The translations under genes were made by a program, and so were the position numbers. A stretch of DNA of 62,879 nucleotides, filler included, from Globobulimina sp. (lineage: Eukaryota): the NCBI GenBank assembly GCA_003354225.1. It is 41 parts of 41 records of this genome, joined end to end, with 100 filler letters (N's around TTAATTAATTAA, not from the genome) between each part and the next. Parts side by side here need not be neighbours in the genome. Positions count along the whole stretch, not along the records: positions 50,700 to 52,134 come from PIVH01016721.1; positions 52,235 to 53,669 come from PIVH01016722.1; positions 53,770 to 55,204 come from PIVH01016723.1; positions 55,305 to 56,739 come from PIVH01016724.1; positions 56,840 to 58,274 come from PIVH01016725.1; positions 58,375 to 59,809 come from PIVH01016726.1; positions 59,910 to 61,344 come from PIVH01016727.1; positions 61,445 to 62,879 come from PIVH01016728.1; 33 more parts are not named here. One strand, given 5' to 3'. The notes below the pieces were generated by a model that searched no databases, was not told the DNA's origin, and saw only the letters and a program-made list of their open reading frames with translations. Below are positions 51,202 to 62,879 of the stretch, piece by piece (within the stretch, counting starts at the first letter, position 1; each line of letters begins with the position of its first letter).

Positions 51202-51403
51202 CACAAATTTATTGCATAAATATTGATTATTTCTTGCTTTTTTTTGTCTTATACGATAAAAACGCAATAAAAAATGGTCCATCAAGCGCAATAATTTCTG
51301 CATTTGTCTGACATGTATTCTACTTTCGAATTCATAATACAAGTTGTAGTCGTTTCAATATATATTTGAATGGAATGTTGAAGTGCTAAAGTGAAGTTAG
51401 GTC

Positions 51404-52134
51404 ATGTCACACAAACGTCACAAATACCCCAAACAATACAAATGTTGCAACGATACAATCACCGGATGTGGATTATTATGCTGCAAAAAATTCGATAAAT
51501 TCGCTGAAGAAGATATATTACAAACGGACGAAAAGGATGCAGAGAACCATTTCATTTGGGAAAAAACAGTGGATTCGACAGTCAAATCAATAAATGGTAA
51601 TTGGTCCTGGGCCTCTGCCGGATTATTGGCTGCGGCGTGTCAAGCAATCATCGTATTCAATGAAGATGGCTTATCCACAGTCGTTAAAAATTGGATATAT
51701 TTCTTCCTAATATTTGCCGTCGGTGTACTTGTGGCGCTCATCGAGCATTCATTGGAATCTCCGGAGCGTATCGCAAAAGAATTAGAGCTTAAAGTACCAA
51801 AAAAAAAGCTGCATTAGGCGACAAACAGGCGATGGCCAACGAAAAAGACATGATTCAAAAAGCGGAAACTGTCCATCTCGCAAAGGATAAAGAAACTGCT
51901 ATGAGCAGAATATTGAATTTTGTGCAAATTGAGGTATGTTATCAATGTGAAACAGCACTGCAATTAAAAAACACTGCGCATTGCATTTTTGTGTCAGGGC
52001 AATATTTTATTTGAAAATATGGAAAACTTATTTATTGCCATTGTGTCGAATATAATTGCATTGGCTTTCAACGACGCAGAAAATTCGACGTTTGAAGAGA
52101 TATTAAAAGACAGCAAAGCTTCAGGAACCGCCGT
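51404..52134 (+). CDS. Hypothetical membrane protein, frameshift in an A9 run, 3' partial
   Basis: Two TM helices. A shift in the A run near 51800-51808 joins KAALGDKQAMANEK; probable intron from about 51934 to 51998. Confidence 0.55.
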
Positions 52135-52234
52135 NNNNNNNNNNNNNNNNNNNNNNNNNNNNNNNNNNNNNNNNNNNNTTAATTAATTAANNNNNNNNNN
52201 NNNNNNNNNNNNNNNNNNNNNNNNNNNNNNNNNN

Positions 52235-53664
52235 CCATTGCTCCCTGCTCTGCAAAAAACATTTAAAAGCAATCGACTCCTCGCAACAGCATCCTTTTTA
52301 TTAATTTTATTAATTAACTCCGTGACGCCATTATCCTTCGCCTGTTTATTGTACCGTTTATTTTCATCGATAACCAAGGAATCGCATCCAAGTCACATTG
52401 AACACTGCTTAACAATTTACTCATTGGTTGAAGTATTTTGGTACTTTTATCAATCTCATTTATTCTCCAAAGCCCAAAAAAAAACACAAATACCAAAACT
52501 GACATTTTCACGAATTAAAGAGTTAATAAATCATTATGGCGCTTCCACGCTAACCGCAACATCCACACATTACCCCGATCCAACTATTTTTTTTTCCAAA
52601 TGGGCCTTCAACACAAAATACGACGACATCAGCATTGAGAACATTGTTGATTGGTTTTCTTTTGCTTTCTTCGGAGTGAATGCAAATAAATTGAATAAAA
52701 GCGATTTGCAGCAAATTCAAAATATTATCTCGGACTTTTCAAACAAATATAAGCTCAAATTAAACAAACACAATGCTGACGTTAACAACACCACATTCAT
52801 GAAACCATTCCTTTACAAAATCGACATTCTTCGCCGACCGTTTGTTTATTATTTTGTTACAGATTCAATATTATCCAATTTGGGGCACATTCTGTTGGCA
52901 TACAATTGTAAGATGCGATCGATTTCGCTGCAAAAAAGAAGGCGTATTAAGCTATTGGGTGCATGGTTGGCGGCGGACAAGTAAATGGCGAGCCGCCCAT
53001 AATATTATTACACGGCGTTGGCGCAGGAATATTATTGTATGTTCCCTTCATTTTCAGTTGTTTGGATTACAGGAATAGAACCATTATAATAATAAATATT
53101 TCTTGCATCTCAATGAGATATCCATCGCTGAATTGCGAGGAACTGTGCAACAAATCAGATACATTAAACTCAATTAAGTCGATATTTGAGCGAGAAACTG
53201 TGGATATGCACAGAAAGAGCATTTTTATCGGACATAGCTTCGGCACCGTAATTTTAGCGTGGATATTGAATGAGGGATTGGTCGCTGTGGACAAAGCTAT
53301 ATTTATCGATCCGATATGTTTTAAATTGTATGAACCCGACGTTACATTCAATTTTGTATTCCGTAAACCTGTGAATGTGCCACAATTGTTTTTATGGTAT
53401 TTTGTCTGTCGGGAATTTGGAATCGCACATGTTATTTCGAGGCATTTTTGGTGGTTTCAGAATATGGTTATTTTAAATCAAGCAAACTCACAATTTATAA
53501 AAGTGTTTTTATCTGAAAAAGATTGTATTGTGAATGCAAAATCCATTATAAACTATTTACAAATACATAATGTCCAATATTTTGTTGGTAAGGGACACGG
53601 CCATGGAAGCTTCATATTTAGTAAAATCGGATGGAAACAGGTTAGGAAATGGATTGATGGATAA
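52235..53664 (+). CDS. Alpha/beta-hydrolase with apparent frameshifts near 52910-52975
   Basis: IILLHGVGAG, GHSFG nucleophile elbow, FIDPICF, SEKD, HGHG. Confidence 0.85.
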
Positions 53665-54513
53665 ATAACNNNNNNNNNNNNNNNNNNNNNNNNNNNNNNN
53701 NNNNNNNNNNNNNTTAATTAATTAANNNNNNNNNNNNNNNNNNNNNNNNNNNNNNNNNNNNNNNNNNNNTCAAGAGCCAGTCAGACCAGCTGAGTGTTTG
53801 TTTTCGAATTCCCGGTGGCAAACTCTTACGTGCTGTTTTGTATTCTGTTGCCTTTTCGTCATAATACCGGCCGTAAGCTAATAATTTGTCGTCTCTGGTT
53901 TTGTAGGCCTTGTTTAGTGCAGCCGCTTCTTCAATTTGAGTGTCGACAAGAAGCATCGAATGTGTCTTCTTTGTGTCGTCGTTGTTTGTGTTATTTGAGT
54001 TGTTGCCTCGGTACTCTGTTAAAACGGCGCTTCTAACGTCCTCAATATCTCTTAACCCTTTTAAACAGAGCTCACCACGTTTCTCATCCTCATTAAACTC
54101 GCGTGCAATAACCTCCCGTAAACTTACAAAATCATCACTTTTTTTACTTTGTTTTGATTCCTCAACAGAACTACCAACGGCGGGTGACGGTAAACTCATA
54201 AATAATAACAGCCAACGACAGACTCGGTGCAAGGCTTCGGTGTTGCAAGGCTTGGGTGCAAGGCTTGAAAGGGAGAAGTTTAAATTCAAGTTTTAAATAG
54301 CCGCTTTTGCGCCAAAAATACTCGTCATAATTGCTCAGCTGCTAACAAAAAAGTCAGTCACTGACTTTTTTTTTAAGCGGAGCTGAAAGAAAGTCCGCGG
54401 AAAATAGAGAGTTCGACTGACTCGTACCTTATAAATACTAGGTGTGTGTCTGTGTGTGTGTGAGTGCACCAATAAGACAGGACCCGAAAGGACTTATTCC
54501 ACTAAAATAGTTT

Positions 54514-54576
54514 GTGATGATAGCTCAATGAGAGCATCGTATTGAAGAAGATTTGGGTTTAAATCCCAATCATCAC
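54514..54576 (+). repeat. tRNA-like element (pseudo-tRNA/SINE head, copy 3)
   Basis: Acceptor stem GTGATGA/TCATCAC, D-arm GCTC/GAGC, T-arm TTGGG-TTTAAAT-CCCAA, shortened anticodon arm containing TTGAAGA, oligo-T tail. Confidence 0.75.
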
Positions 54577-55547
54577 GGGTTTTTTTTAGGTTTTTTTTAG
54601 GTTTTTTTTAGTTTTTTTTTTGTGTATTTTTACTTTGTATATGTTTCCGAGATGTTTACCACCACAACATACAAAGCAAAGTACTGTCTATTCTCTCCTG
54701 ATTACCTATAATATGTACAAAATACCTAGTTTATATTCTATACTTTTATCATTGACAGAAAGCTTTTCGTGATCGACAGATTTCATTGCGACGTTTACAT
54801 CAAATGACAACATAATCCATGTGTGATTTGCGTATCATAATCAAATTGTATTTCATTATTTATTTGATTCCAATTCCTTTAATTCTGTCTCATTTTCATC
54901 AACGGTCTCTTTTTTTGGCAGTGGAGCTAGTTTTTTGGCTTAAAATGTTATGTTTAGAAAGAAATGATCGATATCATCACCACTTATACTTTAGAATAGG
55001 ACCTGTTTGAAACACATTGTTTTTAAAATCCGCAAATTCGCAAGTCGTTTTGTTGGGAGATGGTGAAGACCTCTTCATAGGTTTTAAAAGAGCATCCGGT
55101 TTTCAGCGTCAGATTTTTATTGGGGTAAGGTAGATGCAAACCGTTTCTGGTGACTGACAAAGGCAAAAATTATATAGGTTTGCCTTCGTTTCTCAGAAAC
55201 AATANNNNNNNNNNNNNNNNNNNNNNNNNNNNNNNNNNNNNNNNNNNNTTAATTAATTAANNNNNNNNNNNNNNNNNNNNNNNNNNNNNNNNNNNNNNNN
55301 NNNNCCAATAGAGACATTTTTGGCGAATGTAAATCAACAGTATTTGTAAATTGATGACTACTAAGTTCACTAAATAATAATAACGTATTTTTTTTTGAAA
55401 CTATTAATAAAGAGGAAGTGATCCGTTTGTGCGACGATAATGTATACAGTTTGTGTGCGAGGAAACTGTCAGTTTCTAAAAAAACCTTTATAATCGTTGG
55501 AACGAAACGAAACGAAACTAAGCCAAAAAAGCAATTTATCACAATAT

Positions 55548-56739
55548 TTATGCTTTAAAATACCGTGCAATTTGTCTTGATATAAAAGGGTTACCTCCTT
55601 CCAAATTCATTAATATTGCAACAACAAGTTTCTGTTTTGGTATTATTAACATATGCGAGCATCCACCAACAGCACCTCCAGCATGAGACACTTCAATTAT
55701 GTCATCCTCTGCGTTTCTAAAAACGCTCCATCCCAAACCATAATTATATTCATTTTGAACATTTAAAAACAATTTGTTTTTAATGTGTTCCGCCAGGAAT
55801 TTACCAAAAACCATCTCATTCGCAAACAAAGCAATATCAAACGCAGTGCTCAAATAACCACCACCTGCAAATTTATTACTATTGTTTACATATTTTGTAT
55901 TATACAAACGCATTCTATCTTTGCTATGAACTGCTGTTTTCAAATCCTTTTGAATCATTAAATCATTTTCATCTTTTTGCCGAATATATTGTTTACTTCT
56001 TTTCATCAAAATGTTCTCATTGCTTTCAAAAAATGTGTTGTACATTTTAAGTTTATTAAATATTTCGTTTTGCATAAAATGTATAAATTTCATATTTGTT
56101 ATTTGTTCAATGATTGCTGATAAAACACAATAATTATAAGTGGAATATTTATAATTTGTTCCTGGTTTAAACTCTAAAATATCGTTTTTAAATATCTCCA
56201 ATGTATCAACACATGTTTTATACTCCTCCATTGACCAAAATTCATCATCTTTATAAGTTCTTATTCCACTCTGATGACTGCATAATTGCTGTACTGTGAT
56301 ATCACACAACTCCTCACTTAATTCACTTTCATTGTTTATTTTATATTTTAACAAAGGATAATCAGCGATATAATGTTGCGTTGTATTATTTAAATCCAAT
56401 TTATTTTGTTGTAATAACAATCCAATTCCAGCAGAAGTAAATGCTTTTGATATGGATGCAACTCGCATTAGGGAGTTAGGTGTGGCTAAAACGCGGTTTT
56501 CAATATCAATATATCCAAATCCTTCATTCCAAATTAATTTATTATTCTTTATCACAGCCACTGTAATACCTGGCACGCCTTGAATTAGTCGTTCTGTTTC
56601 AACATACTCTCGCGCCAATTCAATGGATTTAGAATAATTACGATGACTTCGCGCTGCCGCAACATTGTCATAATTCTTTCTATATATCAAATGTGAGGAT
56701 ATAATTCCAACACAAGACGCTGCAATGAGCGTCCTACTC
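55548..56739 (-). CDS. LACTB: Serine beta-lactamase-like protein (LACTB family), 5' partial
   Basis: MRVASISK (SxxK), LCSHQSGIRTY, YSTYNY, KFAGGGYLST, HAGGAVG. Confidence 0.88.
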
Positions 56740-56839
56740 NNNNNNNNNNNNNNNNNNNNNNNNNNNNNNNNNNNNNNNNNNNNTTAATTAATTAANNNNN
56801 NNNNNNNNNNNNNNNNNNNNNNNNNNNNNNNNNNNNNNN

Positions 56840-58274
<1,435 letters not shown>

Positions 58275-58520
58275 NNNNNNNNNNNNNNNNNNNNNNNNNN
58301 NNNNNNNNNNNNNNNNNNTTAATTAATTAANNNNNNNNNNNNNNNNNNNNNNNNNNNNNNNNNNNNNNNNNNNNTGTGTTTACAAACCCAATGCCAACTT
58401 TATATTGATCGATATGTATACAAAGGGGGTGGGGTTGTGTATCAATATTGATTTCGGAAAAAACATTGCATATATGAAGTTATGAACTTATGAAGGCAAA
58501 AATTATACAAATAATATGAG

Positions 58521-59809
58521 TCATATATTTTCTTTTTCATTGTCATTGTCTTGAACACCAACAACTGCACCGGATAATGGAATGGATTCCTCTTCCGTAT
58601 CATTATTATTTTGCATTTTGTGTCGATTAATATGCCATTCTTTTTTATCTTTTTCAAATTTTTTAATTTTCAGATTTAACTCTTGTTGTTTGGTTTTCAA
58701 TTTTTTTTTGTCGTTTGTAATTTGTCCTTGTGCAATTTTAATGGACTTCCATTCCCTATCAATTTCTTTCCACGCATTTTGTCCCCATTGCAATTTCATA
58801 TAATCTTCGGCGATTTTCTGCTTTAACTCCCGTCGATCCACGACACCATTCCCGTCTCTATCCGTGGCATGAAATATTGACATAATTTCATCAATACGCT
58901 CCATATCAACAATATCCAATTTCAATAACATTCCAACCAAAAATTCATATTTATCCACAGAACCATTATGGTCCAGATCAAATTCGAAAAATTCTTGCGA
59001 AGATGTTAATATTTTACCTAAATTTCTTTTTGTTTTCGCAAAGTTTTGCTTCCAAATCATATAATCACTGATTAAGTCCAGCAAACGAACCAACATTAAA
59101 GTGCCAAACAGTACAAATAATGAACCAAATACACGAGCGAGCGCACTCGATTTTGGATAAATGTCACCATATCCAACGGTTGTCATTGATACAATTGTAA
59201 AATATAAACTGTCCACAAATACTGTCGCTACACTTTTATCTGTGTTTTTATTTTAATATTTATCAGCATCAAACATACAAATAAGCACAAACCTAATTGG
59301 CACAATGGGTCATTGTCTTTGCAGGGATAGCCATAATACGGCAAATTTGTTAAATAATTTGGTCCGGTCAGTAATACTGCAACACCCAATGTAAAAAAAC
59401 CAAATAGCACAACCAGAGCAAATAAAAATAAATTCAAATGAATCTGTGTTGTAAATTTCTGTTTTTCATTAGTATCTAATTTGGTTAATTCATTTAATTT
59501 TAATTTTGTTGCTTTTGTAGTGGTCACTTCGATGGCTTTCACTTCTTCTATACGCGCTATTTGTTGCTGTTTGTTCTCTTCTTTTGTGTCTTCCTCCACT
59601 ATGTTTGAAACATTTACTGGCTCTGATTTTCTTCGCTGATGTTCTCTGTTTTGTGAACGAGCGGCATGCGATGGTATGCTGGATACGGATGGGTGTCTTT
59701 CTTTGGCCTTCGTATCTTCCGTATTCTGCTGCGATTTCAATAACAGTTTCCTGGTAACGACTCTGTCTAATTTTGCTTTTTCTAACTTTTGCTGATTTTT
59801 AAATACATT
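58521..59809 (-). CDS. Two-pore (TPK/KCO-like) K+ channel with EF-hands, 5' partial
   Basis: DSLYFTIVSMTTVGYGD; EF-hands DLDHNGSVDKYE and DRDGNGVVDRRE; intron 59228-59292. Confidence 0.88.
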
Positions 59810-60849
59810 NNNNNNNNNNNNNNNNNNNNNNNNNNNNNNNNNNNNNNNNNNNNTTAATTAATTAANNNNNNNNNNNNNNNNNNNNNNNNNNNNNNNNNNN
59901 NNNNNNNNNTGTTTTCTTCGCTACAAAGTGCAAGGATACATATAAAAAATGCAGCATTTATGCGCATACAATATAATTTTATTATTTTAAATAAAATGTC
60001 CTTGCAAAAACAAGTCCTCACACAACATATACAGCTCCATCATACTCAACCAATAATATATGATTTATATCCAATATATTCTCACTTTTTCCTTATCCCC
60101 AAACAAATAATTCTGTCCCTTTTCCATTGTGCCACAGCCAAACCCATACTTTATTTACTCACAACATTTTATTCTATCCTTTATCCAAATTAACACAAAT
60201 TTAATGTGCGAAAATGCGAATTAATTACATTTCAATAACACAAAATATATCAATACCACATAAAATAACAACCAATGAATCACGTAATTCCTCCATGATT
60301 TATATTTAACATTTAATTATAACCAATTAATGTCCATACAATTACGATTCTGAAGACCTGTGACATGGTCATGCTTTATGATTGTCCACGAAATGTGTAA
60401 ATGTTTGTTTTTTTCAAGCAGAAAACACAAAAAAGCTCCAATCAAGTAAGAAATCATGGCACACTCAAGGCCAACAAAGTCGATCAAGCAAAGCTAATGT
60501 AAAGGGATGTAATGGTACTAGAACATCCTTATTTTATGGATTAAAGTATCTCAATGTTAAGTGTTATTCAGATAAATTGATTTCCCTTTGTACATTGCTT
60601 TATGCAGTGGTTTGATACGCAGGAGATGGACCTACAACAAATTTTTTCGGGGGAATCCCCATCGATCACATCAAACAATCTAAATATGGTATTGATTTGG
60701 AAAATGGACATATGGATTTTTTTATGAAACCCTTTACAAATCCAATCTCATTCTCATTTAATTCCAATTCGTTCTCAGCAAATCCGCTGTGCCCCGAACA
60801 TGAAGCGCCGCTATACGGGGGTAGATCAACTATTGCAGGAGTAACATGG

Positions 60850-61310
60850 TAGAAATATGCTGTAGAAATATGGACTCTCTTACAAACCTGTATTTATATT
60901 ATAGAAATATAAGAGAAAATAACATTTTTCTACCATATTTCTATCATAATCTGTTTTTAGTATTTTCTATCTATTTTCTAGCATACGAAAAAAATTGATT
61001 TTCTTTCATTTTTCTACCATATAAATAGTGTTTTTGCATTTTCTAGCATATTTCTTTTTGAATTTTCTCAGCATTTTCTATAATAAATTTTTGTACTTTT
61101 TTTATTTTCTATCTATTTTCTATGTTTAGAAAATACCCAGAAATATGAAGCAGAAATATGAAATAGGGGTAGAAATATGGATTAGATATATAAGAGAAAT
61201 ATGAAATTTAATAATTTATAGTTATTTCTATAATAATTTGTATCATATATCTCACGCATTGAGAAACATGCTAGAAATATGAAGGACATATATCGTAGAA
61301 ATATGAATTT
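60850..61310. repeat. Dispersed AGAAATAT(G) / ATTTTCTA degenerate repeats
   Basis: Multiple direct and inverted copies of agaaatat in AT-rich DNA. Confidence 0.5.
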
Positions 61311-61850
61311 TGATTTTCAAAGGATTTTTTTTCTTTAATTTAGTNNNNNNNNNNNNNNNNNNNNNNNNNNNNNNNNNNNNNNNNNNNNTTAATTAATTAA
61401 NNNNNNNNNNNNNNNNNNNNNNNNNNNNNNNNNNNNNNNNNNNNTGCTGGCTCTTTATTTGGACCGTGCACTGAACGACTATAGAAACAGAAAAATTCAC
61501 ATTGATCCCACATGTCTGCTGCCCAAAATTTTGCCACGAAAACGCGTAACGAAAAAGATCACAAAGATTAAAATTGCAGAAAACGAAAAATTTGAAACGA
61601 AACCAATAAAAATCGAACCACAAGAAGCTGATACGGCAGATTGCGATGCTGCTATGCCGACAGAATGTTAAGTTATTAATTCACATGTAAATAAGATGTT
61701 TGATGTTTTTGATTCATTTGTTATCATGTTATCGATTGATAGAGCATGACACAGCATGCCTGTCATTGTTCTACTTATTTCATAATGCACAATAAAAAAT
61801 GCTTTGTCATTTTGCTGATACAGTAACACAATCTAATAAGTGTACCAAAT

Positions 61851-62879
61851 ATGGCCAGAAAACAAAAAAGTAAAGAGAATAAAAGTAAAGAAATAGAAAG
61901 TTTCTTGAAGAAGACTTATTATGCTATAGGACAACCCGCAAGTTTCTCCAATTTGAATACCCTATATAACTACACCAAACATCACTTTCCTCATGCGACA
62001 CAAGATGTGGTAAAAAAAATGGTATGATAGTCAACACGTTCCAGTTATACATAAACAACAGAAGGCCAGAAAGGGAAAGAGAAAATATGTTCCTTTTGTG
62101 TCTTCAGCGCCAAACTTGAATATGGACTGCGATACTGCCTTTTTTGGTCACAACAAACAACATCCAACCCTGGTCTGTACCGATGCCTTTAGCTCCTTTA
62201 TTAGAGCACAACCGGTGCGTTATGTTAGAGCCAAAAACATGAATTCTGCTCTTGTGAAACTGATAGAAACTCAGGCCAATGGAGTTTGGCCAGTTCGTAT
62301 CCGAACGGACGCTGGAGGTGAATTTGGTCGTTTGAACTCGGTACTCCCAACTGGTACCACTCACACTGTAACCAAATTTAGACGCAAAAGTGTGTTTGCC
62401 GAAAACGCCATAAGAAAAATTCGTGCTAAAATAGAAAAATTACGAACATACACTGGTAAAAAAGTGTGGCCTGCTATGAAAAATGAAATTTTACACTCCA
62501 TCAACTCTGTGCCCATAAGAACGGTCAAAAATTTGAATTTGGCGCCATCCCAAATTAATCTCTCAAATGCGGGAAAACTGTTTCAAATTAAATTCGCTTC
62601 TTATCTCGATGACGTGGACAAACGTAATCGTCTGCCTATATTTCACAAGGGTGACGCGATAAGAATCAGCTTGGACTTGGGAGCTTTCCAAAAGGGAGCT
62701 TCAAAAAGATTTACAAATGAAGTGTTTTTCGTGTATGGATTTCAATTAAACACTGACCCATTGAAATATCATTTGAAAGACTCAGAAGGAGCCATACTTC
62801 CATTGACATTTTATGATTGGCAACTCCAACTGGCTGAAACAAATTACTCTAAGTTCAAGAGGGTTAAACGAATTATTCA
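61851..62879 (+). mobile_element. Polinton/Maverick (adintovirus-type) retroviral-like DDE integrase, 3' partial, one frameshift
   Basis: YYAIGQPASFS, MDCD, LVCTDAFS, IRTDAGGEF, KSVFAENAIR, FHKGDAIRIS..FQKG..FTNEVF, PLKYHLKD...FYDWQLQ. One extra A in the A8 run at 62012-62019; open to the window end. Confidence 0.88.

Noticed and set aside
54380-54500. Possible hammerhead ribozyme (CTGA...GAAA)
   Set aside because: The core reads CTGAAAGA rather than CTGANGA, and I could not build the three stems.
54514-54576. Functional tRNA-Phe
   Set aside because: Only about 16 nt for anticodon arm plus variable loop, with poor pairing, and the T-loop is TTTAAAT; treated as a tRNA-derived repeat.
59910-60850. 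Fragmentary ORFs in the penultimate contig
   Set aside because: Interrupted by stops with no identifiable motif.

Overview
This window is not a contiguous locus. It is 41 unrelated short contigs, size-sorted at 1437, 1436 and 1435 nt, joined by artificial 100-nt linkers (44 N + TTAATTAATTAA + 44 N), so no gene-neighbourhood inference is valid across linkers. Most contigs come from an AT-rich, gene-dense microbial eukaryote with short (about 57-103 nt) GT-AG introns. The gene families look foraminiferan/rhizarian, which is an inference. Recognisable genes include a DEAD-box helicase, MAP3K-type kinase, ACAD8, paraoxonase, aquaporin, NagA, CDC123-like ATP-grasp, Cys/Met PLP enzyme, annexin, SDR, Cdc25/Acr2 rhodanese, cellular RdRP, RPA2, insulysin, centrin, LACTB, SagB-type nitroreductase, and Ca/Na and TPK channels. 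One contig looks like a giant virus (Mimiviridae-type gene with an AAAATTGA promoter), and one carries a Polinton/Maverick integrase that the ORF track missed. The strongest candidate for a new system is a spliced gene encoding an N-myristoylated globin fused to an RGS domain (47630-48644), a possible O2/gas-sensing G-protein GAP. Other notable items are aquaporin domains spliced head-to-tail, a dispersed tRNA-derived repeat family, and a single-pass receptor-like MAP3K. Several apparent frameshifts, some in homopolymer runs, suggest assembly indels.
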